DNA from: Armatimonadota bacterium
Lineage (GTDB): Bacteria > Armatimonadota > UBA10988
Direction of reading: 5' to 3'
Length of the DNA stretch: 31,827 bases
Assembly: GCA_016235455.1 (NCBI GenBank)
Contig: JACRKZ010000177.1
Location: forward strand, 1-31,827
The position numbers and the translations under genes were made by a program. How positions within the stretch are numbered: the stretch's first letter is position 1; the number at the start of each line of letters is the position of its first letter. Of this stretch, positions 18,219-26,381 are shown one piece after another. The notes under the pieces were generated by a model, which was given only the letters and a program-made list of their open reading frames with translations, had not been told where the DNA came from and made no database searches.

Positions 18219-18788
18219 TCACTTGAACTCTTCGGCATTGGGGTCCCGGGGGGGACGGATGTCGGTGTAGATGTTGCGGTGGTCGTAGATGTACCAGAGC
18301 TCGGTTTTGGTGCTCTGCTTGCAGTACACCGGCCGGCTCATATCCGCGCCACTGCTCTTCCAGTACACCTGATACGCCTTCTGGTGGTTGGGATTCGACT
18401 TCTCGATGTTCAGTTCGTACTTGTTGGGGTCCATCTTGTAGGCGTTGTCCGGTGACGTGCCCTTGGCGTACGACCTGAAGATGTGCTGCTTGCCCGGATC
18501 CTTCAGCCGCTCGACGAAGATGCGGGCGTCGGGCGTCGTGTCCCAGTTCGGCTTGTCCTTGTACTCGATGATCATGTACTGGATCATCTTGCGGCCCTCG
18601 TCGCGTGTCTTTTCGTCCATATACACGCAGATCGCGTCGAGGAACAGCTTGCTGGCGATCTCGGGCGTCTTGGCCGTCTCGCTGTGTAGCTTCTGGAACT
18701 CGTCCAGGTTCTTGGGCAACTCGGCTCGTGCCGTAGCCGCCGCGCCAACCAACGCCAAGGCCAACAGAATTCTGCTCAATGTGCGCAT
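18219..18788 (-). CDS. Secreted DUF6935-like protein (paralog 1)
   Basis: Signal peptide after AGGAGG; HIFRSYAKGTSPDNAY, SSGADMSRP, IYTDIRPP. Confidence 0.78.
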   Translation of the reverse strand: MRTLSRILLALALVGAAATARAELPKNLDEFQKLHSETAKTPEIASKLFLDAICVYMDEKTRDEGRKMIQYMIIEYKDKPNWDTTPDARIFVERLKDPGKQHIFRSYAKGTSPDNAYKMDPNKYELNIEKSNPNHQKAYQVYWKSSGADMSRPVYCKQSTKTELWYIYDHRNIYTDIRPPRDPNAEEFK

Positions 18789-18907
18789 GGTATCCCTCCT
18801 TGGTCAGTCAGCGGCCAACCGTCTCCGCTCTGTCTGCCGTCCAGTGTACCGCGTCGCGATACGGCGCGTTGACTGAGTTGCTGTTACCATCGCGCAAACC
18901 CAAAGCA

Positions 18908-18941
18908 CAACGCCGCTGGCCCCGCGGGGCCAGCGGCGTTG
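18908..18941 (-). terminator. Perfect 34-bp palindrome, probable terminator of the isomerase-like gene
   Basis: CAACGCCGCTGGCCCCG|CGGGGCCAGCGGCGTTG lies just after the stop at 18959 and is followed by TGCTTTG on the minus strand. Confidence 0.7.
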
Positions 18942-18958
18942 GTGTGACGTCGCGGCGG

Positions 18959-19798
18959 CTACTTGCCGGCCAGTTCCGCAACGGTCTTGAACCACCACTC
19001 GGCGCACTTGCGCACGGAGGCTTCCTGCTCGGCGTCCCACTTCTCGTACTCGATGCTGAAGGTGCCGCGGAAGCCCTGGCGCTGCAGCTCGGCCAGCATG
19101 CCCTTGGCGTCGGCCTTGCCCGTGCCCCACGGCGCGTCCTGGTTCTTGTCGTCCAGGTCCTTGAAGTGCAACGAGGCGATGTGGCCTTCGAGCTTCTTGA
19201 GGCCGTCGAGCGCCACGACGCCGCTGCGCGGCCAGTGGCCGGTATCGGCGCAGGCGCCGAGGAAGCTGCAGCCGGCCAGCTCGCTGGCGGTGAAGGCGGG
19301 ATCCCAGTAGTGGCTGGGCTTGGGATGGTTGTGCAGGCCGATCTTCAGGCCATACTCCTCGGCCAGCCGGTCTACCAGCGGGAACATGTCCTTGCCGATC
19401 TCGGTGTTGATGGTGCCGATGCCCCAGGTCTGAGCCCAGCCGAACATCGAGCGGATGCCCTTCTCGTCGCCCGGAATGCCGGTCACGCCAAAGGCGATGA
19501 CATGGCAGCCGGTCTCGGCCAGTTTGTCGCGCACGATCTTGCTGGCGGCTTCGCTCATGCCCGGCCCGAAGCCCGTGGCGTCGTCCTTGGAGACCTTCTG
19601 GCCGGGGAAGCACTCGATGTACTGAATGCCGAGTTCCTTGGCCTTGTCGATGACTTCCACCACGGTCTTGCCGTTGAACGTCCAGGCCTGCAGCGCCAGT
19701 CGCCATCCAGGGATGGCCGAGCGCTGGAAGTCGGCGGCCTGCCCGCTCAGGCCGAGCACCAGCAGCGGCGCCAGAACCCATAGCTTGCTCATTCGCAT
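18959..19798 (-). CDS. Exported sugar phosphate isomerase/epimerase-like protein (xylose-isomerase-like TIM barrel)
   Basis: Signal peptide; GWRLALQAWTF, LGIQYIE, HNHPKPSHYW, ADTGHW, LHFKD, WGTG and FSIEYE metal-binding motifs. Confidence 0.88.
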   Translation of the reverse strand: MRMSKLWVLAPLLVLGLSGQAADFQRSAIPGWRLALQAWTFNGKTVVEVIDKAKELGIQYIECFPGQKVSKDDATGFGPGMSEAASKIVRDKLAETGCHVIAFGVTGIPGDEKGIRSMFGWAQTWGIGTINTEIGKDMFPLVDRLAEEYGLKIGLHNHPKPSHYWDPAFTASELAGCSFLGACADTGHWPRSGVVALDGLKKLEGHIASLHFKDLDDKNQDAPWGTGKADAKGMLAELQRQGFRGTFSIEYEKWDAEQEASVRKCAEWWFKTVAELAGK

Positions 19799-19863
19799 GA
19801 TGCTAACTCCTCGTGTTCGCTGATCGGACGACAGGTGGCGCGGCGAGGTTCACCGCACCGCAC

Positions 19864-20742
19864 CTACCACAAGCCGCGGGCCGCCAGTTGGGCCTGATGC
19901 TCGGCCAACGACTGCGGCAGATCCAGATGCGGCCGGCCGTCAGCCGCGGGCGACACGCCGATACGCGCCGTGCCCGAGCGGCTGATCCAGTACAGGTCGC
20001 CGCTGACCGGCTGGGGCATCGTGCGGGCCCCGTCGTGGGCCACCTGCGCCAGGCCGCGCAGCGCGGCCAGCCCTGGGCGACAGAACGGCGCGGCGACCAG
20101 GAAATCACGGGCTGGAATGGCCGCCACCAGGCCCTGCTCGGCGAACTGCGGCAGCAGGTCGGGCAGGATCAGCAGTCGCGAACTGTCCAGGCCGTCATCG
20201 CAGGCCAGACCATACGACAGCCCGGCCTCGTCGCCGCGCAGCATCTGCACCGCGTCCTCGCCGGTGCGCGCGCGCAGGTTGCCCAACGCCGCCGCGACGA
20301 GCGCCGGCGCCGGCTGGCCCAGCGACTCGAGCTCGGCGCGCTGGACGAACCGACGGCCGTTGACCGTCGGCGCGGCGAGGGTGGTGATGAGCCCCGGCGC
20401 CTGGCTGAAGGCCAGCACATCGGGCGCGCGCCGGGCCAGGTCGCGCGCGCTCGACTCGCCCCACAGCACGGGCAGCAGCGTGGCCAGCGCGTCGGCGGGC
20501 TCAGCCGTGTCAGTGCGCGCCTCGGCGGCCAGATGCACGACGCGCTCGGCCACGGCATCGGCCCAGTGTGCCGGGTCGGTGCCGTGCAAGCAAGCGTCGA
20601 GGTCGGTCCACACCAGCTCCATCTCGAGCTCGGCATAGGCCACCAGCAGCGCCTCGTCGGTGGCGCCCATGGGGCGCGCGCCCAGCGGTGCCAGCGCACT
20701 CTCGATGAGGGCCAGCAGGGGATGGCCGGCGCTCTCGGTCAC
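19864..20742 (-). CDS. DUF1444 (YtpQ)-like protein
   Basis: ALGNLR, DGLDSSRLL, AAIPARDFL and PVS..LY resemble DUF1444 motifs. GTGA overlap with the TPR gene. Confidence 0.6.
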   Translation of the reverse strand: MTESAGHPLLALIESALAPLGARPMGATDEALLVAYAELEMELVWTDLDACLHGTDPAHWADAVAERVVHLAAEARTDTAEPADALATLLPVLWGESSARDLARRAPDVLAFSQAPGLITTLAAPTVNGRRFVQRAELESLGQPAPALVAAALGNLRARTGEDAVQMLRGDEAGLSYGLACDDGLDSSRLLILPDLLPQFAEQGLVAAIPARDFLVAAPFCRPGLAALRGLAQVAHDGARTMPQPVSGDLYWISRSGTARIGVSPAADGRPHLDLPQSLAEHQAQLAARGLW

Positions 20743-21263
20743 TTCGCCTCCGCGTCCTTGCGGAACGTGGGGTCGGCGTGGAGATCACGCCGCACATGCG
20801 GGCGCAACTCCTCGGGCAGCATGGCCATGGCGGCGTCCAGCGGCTCGGCGAAGTTCTTCTTGCCAAACTGCTTGCGCACCAGCGCCATCATCATCGTGGC
20901 CACTTCCTGCTGCTCGGCGTCACCGGCCATGGTGGCCAGGGCATCGACCCGCAGGCTGTAGGCCGTGGCCTCAACCCACTGGTCGACCCGGCGCGCCACG
21001 GCGGCGGCGTTGCCCCAGGGCGTGATCTTCTCGTCTAGCGTGGCGGTCTCGGGCACCAGCGCGGCGGACTTCAGGTACGATTCCAGCGCCGCCTCAAAGT
21101 CCTTGAGGTCGCACTGCACCGTGCCGATGTTGTTATACGCGATGGCTTCGGCCAGCGCGTCGCCGCTCTCCTGGGCCTCGGCCGCCTCGCGCCGGAGCGC
21201 TTCCAGGCTGCCCTCGAGGTCCTTCTTGCGTCGTTGTTCGTTCTTCTCTCGTCCAAATCGCAC
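20739..21263 (-). CDS. Tetratricopeptide-repeat protein
   Basis: GTG after GGAGGG; EAIAYNNIGTVQCDLKDFEAALESYLKS is a TPR consensus. Confidence 0.8.
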   Translation of the reverse strand: MRFGREKNEQRRKKDLEGSLEALRREAAEAQESGDALAEAIAYNNIGTVQCDLKDFEAALESYLKSAALVPETATLDEKITPWGNAAAVARRVDQWVEATAYSLRVDALATMAGDAEQQEVATMMMALVRKQFGKKNFAEPLDAAMAMLPEELRPHVRRDLHADPTFRKDAEAK

Positions 21264-21322
21264 GGTGCCGCCCTCCAATCCGACCACGATACCCTTGGAA
21301 GCCCACTATGGTCAACGAGCCC

Positions 21323-21394
21323 TGACCCGAGCCGGAGGATGCGGGCCGCCGGCAAGCACGCTCGCCCGCGGCTCGCATCCTCGGTCGCGGGTCA
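21323..21394. repeat. 72-nt imperfect inverted repeat (terminator or REP-like)
   Basis: TGACCCG/CGGGTCA enclose GAGGATGCGGGCCGC/GCGGCTCGCATCCTC, immediately after the ThuA stop. Confidence 0.65.
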
Positions 21395-21396
21395 CC

Positions 21397-22254
21397 TCAC
21401 TTGGCCGCGTACGGCGCGTTCGGGGCGACTTCCTTGGCGTTGGTCTTCGGTTCGTACTGGGTGTTGCCCGTGGCCCAGTTCAGCCCGGCCAGCACGATCA
21501 TCTCGTAGATGGGGCTGGCCACGACGTCCTCACGATGGCCGAACGAGGTGGCGAAGACACGGCCCTGGCCCTGCTTGCGGCACCACGTGGACGGGTAGGC
21601 GGGCGTGCCGGCATACGGCGCGGCCATGCCGTCGGTGGACTGCAGCGTGATCACGTCCATATCGGCGTTCATGTTCTGGAACATGTACCACTCGTCCAGC
21701 AATTCGATGGTCGCCGGGCAGTTCTCCAGACCGGGGAACTTGGTCTCGACCAGCGTGTGCTTGGCCTTCATCTGCGCGCCGTGGGTTTTGAACGCGCCAC
21801 CCACGAACGGGGTGTAGGTGCTGCCCGGGTCGCGCAGTGTGTCGGTGGCCGTGTGCAGGCCGACGAAGCCCTTGCCCGACTCGATGAACTCGTACAGCGC
21901 CTTGAGGCCGTCGGCGGGCATGCCCGGCTGCTTGTCCGTGCCGGCGTCGAGCAGGTTGCCCGTGGTGTAGAACATCACGGCGTCATAGGGGGCCAGTCCA
22001 TCCTTGGTGAAGACGCTGCCGTCCTTGGTGCAGGTGACCTCGAAGCCGTTCCAGGCGCCCACCTGCTTGAGGATAACCTCGGCCCAGGCCGGCTGATCAC
22101 CCTTGCGGGCCACCACCGAGTGCTGGAATCCCGAGGACTTGGTGAAGAACAGGACCTTGCGTACCGGCTTGTTGCCCTGCGCGGCGGCGGGGGATATGGC
22201 GGCCAGGGCCAGCAGGCCACAGACGCTCAGGCTGACGAACACACGCGATCTCAT
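21397..22254 (-). CDS. Exported ThuA-domain (class I GATase-like) protein
   Basis: ATG after AGGAG; signal peptide; KVLFFTKSSGFQHS, YDAVMFYTTG, GKGFVGLHTATD, GGAF..H, DEWY, GQGRVFATSFGH. Confidence 0.9.
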   Translation of the reverse strand: MRSRVFVSLSVCGLLALAAISPAAAQGNKPVRKVLFFTKSSGFQHSVVARKGDQPAWAEVILKQVGAWNGFEVTCTKDGSVFTKDGLAPYDAVMFYTTGNLLDAGTDKQPGMPADGLKALYEFIESGKGFVGLHTATDTLRDPGSTYTPFVGGAFKTHGAQMKAKHTLVETKFPGLENCPATIELLDEWYMFQNMNADMDVITLQSTDGMAAPYAGTPAYPSTWCRKQGQGRVFATSFGHREDVVASPIYEMIVLAGLNWATGNTQYEPKTNAKEVAPNAPYAAK

Positions 22255-22332
22255 GCTTTGCTCCTGTGCGCGTGCTTCGCGGCCGCCGGGGCGAGTCCTC
22301 CCTGGGCCGCGGCGAGTCGGGTGCCGGTCTCC

Positions 22333-22361
22333 TTGACACGTGGGTGGGCCTCGTCTATACT
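22333..22361 (+). promoter_or_regulatory. Near-consensus sigma70 promoter for ACP-fabF
   Basis: TTGACA (22333-22338), 17-nt spacer, TATACT (22356-22361). Confidence 0.85.
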
Positions 22362-22410
22362 TCGCCCGGTCTGCTGCCGCCTGGACAGCTTTGGCTGGGA
22401 GCCTGCCTGC

Positions 22411-22671
22411 ATGGATATCAATGGCGAGATCATCGGGATCATCGCTGGGTATAAGGAGCTTGACCCCGCAACCGTTTGCGCGGAGAGCACCTTTGAAGAA
22501 CTCGGCATCGATAGCCTCGACGCTATCGATATCGTCTACGAGATCGAGGAGAAGTTCGGGGTGCAAGTGCCCCAGGATGCGCTCGATCTGAACACCGCGC
22601 AGCGGGTTTCCGACATCCTGGCCGTCGTGGAGAAAGTCCGCGGCAGTAATGGACAGGTCTCGGGCGCCTGA
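22411..22671 (+). CDS. Acyl carrier protein
   Basis: 86 aa, acidic; FEELGIDSLD phosphopantetheine Ser motif and IEEKFGV. It is hidden at the end of the track ORF 20965..22671. Confidence 0.92.
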   Translation: MDINGEIIGIIAGYKELDPATVCAESTFEELGIDSLDAIDIVYEIEEKFGVQVPQDALDLNTAQRVSDILAVVEKVRGSNGQVSGA

Positions 22672-22747
22672 CGCCTTGCCGGCCCGCCAGGCGATCCAAC
22701 CGGTTTCGCGGCATCTGGGGTGGGCAGGTGTCAGGGATGATTCGCTC

Positions 22748-23968
22748 ATGCGCCGTGTTGTCGTTACCGGTCTCGGTGTGATCTGTTCTGTTGGCCACGA
22801 TGTGCCCCAGTTGCTCGCGGCGCTGACCGAGGGCCGCTCCGGGACCGCTACGATCGCTTCGCTCGATCCGTCGTGGCTCAACACCCAGGTCGGTGCCGAG
22901 GTGCGTAACGCCAGCTTCGACCATGTGGTGCCGCGCCCCGAGCAGCGCCATCTCGACCGTCAGTCGCTGCTGGCCATCCACGCCGCGCAGCAGGCGGTGG
23001 ACGACGCCGGGTTCACTTCGGCCGAGGACGGGCCGCGCTGCGGTGTCATCCTTGGTACCGGCATGGGGCCTGTCGAGACCATCGACGGCGCCATCCGCGA
23101 AGTGCATATCGACAAGCGCAAGCCGCGGCCAACCACCATCCCGCGCTGCATGTTCAACGCGGCCTCGGGCCAGTTGTCCATCCGCTTCGGCTGCAAGGGC
23201 CCGTCGCAGACCATCGTGACGGCCTGCGCCTCCAGCGCGCACGCACTGGGCCAGGCCGCCAACTTCATTCGCCACGGCACCGCCGACGCATTCCTGGCCG
23301 GCGGCACCGAAGTCTTTCCGACGCTGTCACTGCTGGCCGCGTGGGACACGCTGCGTGTCATGTCCACCAGCAACGACCGGCCGGAAGCGGCCAGTCGTCC
23401 GTTCAACCGCGACCGCGACGGGTTCGTCATGGGCGAGGGCTCGGCGGTGCTGGTGCTCGAGAGCGAGGAGCGCGCCACGGCGCGCGGCGCGCGCATCTAC
23501 GGCGAGATCATTGGTGTGGGCCTCAGTTCCGACGCCCACCACATCACCCAGCCGCAGGTGGGTGGCTTGGTGCAGGCCATGAGCCTGGCGCTGGCCGATG
23601 CCCAGGTGGCGCCTGAGGACGTGCAGTACATCAACGCCCACGGCACCGCCACGCCGATCAATGATCCGCTGGAGACCGAGGCCATCAAGCAGGTCTACGG
23701 CGACCATGCCCGCCGGCTGATGGTCAGTTCCACCAAGTCGGCGCACGGTCACACCATCGGCGCCGCGGGCGCGCTCGAAGCCACGGCCACGTTGCTGGGC
23801 ATGAACCACGGTTTCGTGCCCGCGACGCTCAACCTGACCGACCCGGATCCGGCCTGTGACCTGGACTGCGTGCCGCTCACGCCGCGCGCCGAACGGTTCG
23901 ATGTGGCCATGAGCAACTCCTTCGCCTTCGGCGGACACAACGTCTCGCTGGTGTTCCGGCGGTACTGA
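22748..23968 (+). CDS. fabF: Beta-ketoacyl-ACP synthase II family protein
   Basis: MRRVVVTGLG; Cys-His-His triad in TACASS, INAHGTAT and KSAHGHTIGAAG; SRPFN..RDGFVMGEG; SNSFAFGGHN. Confidence 0.93.
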   Translation: MRRVVVTGLGVICSVGHDVPQLLAALTEGRSGTATIASLDPSWLNTQVGAEVRNASFDHVVPRPEQRHLDRQSLLAIHAAQQAVDDAGFTSAEDGPRCGVILGTGMGPVETIDGAIREVHIDKRKPRPTTIPRCMFNAASGQLSIRFGCKGPSQTIVTACASSAHALGQAANFIRHGTADAFLAGGTEVFPTLSLLAAWDTLRVMSTSNDRPEAASRPFNRDRDGFVMGEGSAVLVLESEERATARGARIYGEIIGVGLSSDAHHITQPQVGGLVQAMSLALADAQVAPEDVQYINAHGTATPINDPLETEAIKQVYGDHARRLMVSSTKSAHGHTIGAAGALEATATLLGMNHGFVPATLNLTDPDPACDLDCVPLTPRAERFDVAMSNSFAFGGHNVSLVFRRY

Positions 23969-23969
23969 G

Positions 23970-24401
23970 ATGGCCGGCGCGGGTGGGAACGGCCGTAACG
24001 GCAGGGCCGGCGCGGGCGGCGTGGTGCTCCACGGTGATCGCGTCCTGCTGCTGTACAAGCGGCTCAACGGCGAATGGCGGTTGCCCAAGGGTCGACTGAA
24101 CGCCGGAGAGGACCTGCTGGCGGCCGCCCTCCGCGAAGTCAGCGAGGAGACCGGATTCGCCCAACTCGCCGCGGTCGCTCCGCTGGGCACACGGCGGGTC
24201 GAGTACACCGTGAATGGGCAACGCTCCGGCCGCGACCTGACCTTCTTCGCCATGCGCCTCGATGGATTCACCCGGTGCCCGCGCGACCGGCGCGATGCCA
24301 AGCGTTTCGCCGTGTGCTGGATGACCGTCAGCCAGGCGCTGGAGGCCTTGACCTTCGACGACGAACGCCAATGGCTACGCCAGGCGCTGGACCTGGCCTG
24401 A
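23970..24401 (+). CDS. Nudix hydrolase
   Basis: W.LPKG plus complete Nudix box GRLNAGEDLLAAALREVSEETG. Starts 1 nt after the fabF stop. Confidence 0.9.
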   Translation: MAGAGGNGRNGRAGAGGVVLHGDRVLLLYKRLNGEWRLPKGRLNAGEDLLAAALREVSEETGFAQLAAVAPLGTRRVEYTVNGQRSGRDLTFFAMRLDGFTRCPRDRRDAKRFAVCWMTVSQALEALTFDDERQWLRQALDLA

Positions 24402-24474
24402 CCGACCGGCGTAGAATGCGCGCGGCGGGCCGGGACGGCTCCATCCGGCGGCCGCCACGCCCAGGAGGTCCGCC

Positions 24475-25779
24475 ATGCTGCCCGCCATCGTCGACCTGAC
24501 CACGGCGCCGGCTAACCTGCCGCTCATCCAGCCGGCCGCCATCATCCGCGTCGAGCCGGCCTGGGCCGGCGCCTGGACTACCGCGGGCGATGTGGATGGC
24601 GACGGGCGCGCGGAGATCGTCCAGGCGCGCATCGACGAACGAGACGACACTCACGCTGTCGTGGCGGTGAGCGTCTACCGCCAGGACGGCACGGTGCTCT
24701 GGCGCTGGGGCAACCCCGCCGCCGGTGTGGCCGCGCTGCACAGCGATGTGCCCTGCCAGGTGCACGACTGGAACCGTGACGGCCGGCCCGAGGTCGTGGT
24801 CGGCACGCGCACGGCGGTGATCACCCTGGATGGCGCCAGTGGCCACGAACTCGAGCGCTTCGCCACGCCGGGACCGGACGCGGTGGACTGTCTGGTGTTC
24901 GCTCGGCTCAGTGGAGCCGAGCGCGACGACCTGCTCATCAAGACGCGCTACCAGCGTCTCTGGGCCTACACCGCCGCGGGGCGGCTGTTGTGGACGATCA
25001 ACGAGCCCGGCGGCCAGCGCACGGCCCATCAGCCCCTGGTGTTCGACCTCGACGGCGACGGGCGAGACGAGGTGCTGGCCGGGTACGAGCTGCTGGGACA
25101 CGATGGCCAGGTGCGCTGGACGCTGGACGTGGCGTCGCTGAGCCTGGGCCGGGGCCATCTCGACTGCGCGCGCGTGATGCGGACCGGCGCCACGCCGGCC
25201 GACTGGCGATTGGTGCTGACCTGCTGCGGTGACCAGCAGCTCCTCTGCATGGACGGCGCCGGGAAGGTCATCTGGCGCCAGACCGGGCGGCACTTCGAGT
25301 CCCTGCACCTGGCCGATTTCGCCGGACTGGGCGAAGGCCAGATCCTGGTCGACATCGATCACACCGAGCGCAGCCGCGCGCCGATGGAGGTCTATGCCGC
25401 CGACGGCACGACGCGGGTGGTGCTCAACACGACCTACGGCCGGTTCCATCCCGTGCTGACCTGGGGCGACGACCCGACGCCACGCCTGGTGGCTTGCGAG
25501 GACCGGCTACTGGTCAGCGGCGCCGACGGCCGGCCCCTGGCCAGGTTCGCCACGCCAACGCCCGATGATGTCGCCTTTGACCAGTCGGCCAACGCCGCGG
25601 AGCATCGCGCGATGGGTGACTACCACCTGATCGGCCAGGTTGGCAATCTGTTTGGCCAAGGACAGCCGGACCTGATGCTGCACAGCAATCCCGGCGGGAT
25701 GATCTGGCTGTACCGCAACCCGGCGAGGGCACGCGGCTCGCTGGCGCCAGGCCTGGGTCCGAACGTAACCCTCTACTGA
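24475..25779 (+). CDS. FG-GAP-like beta-propeller protein (PL11-like architecture)
   Basis: ATG after AGGAGG; DVDGDGRAEI, DWNRDGRPEV and DLDGDGRDEV Ca-binding loops; repeated G..LW blades. No signal peptide. Confidence 0.72.
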   Translation: MLPAIVDLTTAPANLPLIQPAAIIRVEPAWAGAWTTAGDVDGDGRAEIVQARIDERDDTHAVVAVSVYRQDGTVLWRWGNPAAGVAALHSDVPCQVHDWNRDGRPEVVVGTRTAVITLDGASGHELERFATPGPDAVDCLVFARLSGAERDDLLIKTRYQRLWAYTAAGRLLWTINEPGGQRTAHQPLVFDLDGDGRDEVLAGYELLGHDGQVRWTLDVASLSLGRGHLDCARVMRTGATPADWRLVLTCCGDQQLLCMDGAGKVIWRQTGRHFESLHLADFAGLGEGQILVDIDHTERSRAPMEVYAADGTTRVVLNTTYGRFHPVLTWGDDPTPRLVACEDRLLVSGADGRPLARFATPTPDDVAFDQSANAAEHRAMGDYHLIGQVGNLFGQGQPDLMLHSNPGGMIWLYRNPARARGSLAPGLGPNVTLY

Positions 25780-25782
25780 GGG

Positions 25783-26271
25783 CTAGTCGGCTTCGACTTC
25801 GGCCCACGAGCTGGTGGTCTCCCACAGCCGCACGCGCCGCAGCTTGAGCCCCGGCGGCACGGCGTACACAGCACCGGTCTCCGGGTTGCACAACTGGCCA
25901 CCACCCTCCAGCCGCTCGCGCACATGCTCGAAGATCTGGCGCGCCATGACTTCAGAGGTCGGGTCCTCGGTCAGGTAGGGGATGATCCGGCTGCCAGGGC
26001 CGCCGTACTTTTCGATCAGGGCCTCGTAGAGGGGATCGTTGACGTTCACGCACATGGCGTGGTCGAACTGATCGATGAACTCGTTGACGGCCACCTTCAG
26101 GGCCTTGAAGTCCACGACCATGTCGGTCACGGTCAATTCGCGAGCCTCCACCACCACCTCTACCCGGCGCGTATGGCCATGGGGGAAGCGGCAGCGCTCG
26201 GGATGCTTGGACAGCATGTGCCCGTTCTCGACTTCGAACATCTTGCAGATGCGGTACACCAGCCCGTCCAT
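25783..26271 (-). CDS. queD: 6-carboxy-5,6,7,8-tetrahydropterin synthase (6-PTPS family)
   Basis: ATG after AAGGAG; FE..GH, C..PHGH, MVVDF..LK, FDH, PTSEVMA, VRLWET. Confidence 0.88.
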   Translation of the reverse strand: MDGLVYRICKMFEVENGHMLSKHPERCRFPHGHTRRVEVVVEARELTVTDMVVDFKALKVAVNEFIDQFDHAMCVNVNDPLYEALIEKYGGPGSRIIPYLTEDPTSEVMARQIFEHVRERLEGGGQLCNPETGAVYAVPPGLKLRRVRLWETTSSWAEVEAD

Positions 26272-26381
26272 GCCAACTCCTTCACGCGGTCCCTGTCTGT
26301 CAGGCTAAGTCAGCATCGCCAAAGTGGCAACAGGAGTCGCCGGACGCGCGCCGAATCGACCCAGCGAAGAGGAGACTCGCG

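Noticed and set aside
20965-22671. 568-aa ORF ending in an ACP domain
   Set aside because: The upstream part is antisense to the TPR and ThuA genes. A consensus promoter and ATG 22411 define a stand-alone ACP.
26272-26381. preQ1 riboswitch upstream of queD
   Set aside because: No AGAGGUUCUAG-like stem or A-rich tail on the minus strand.
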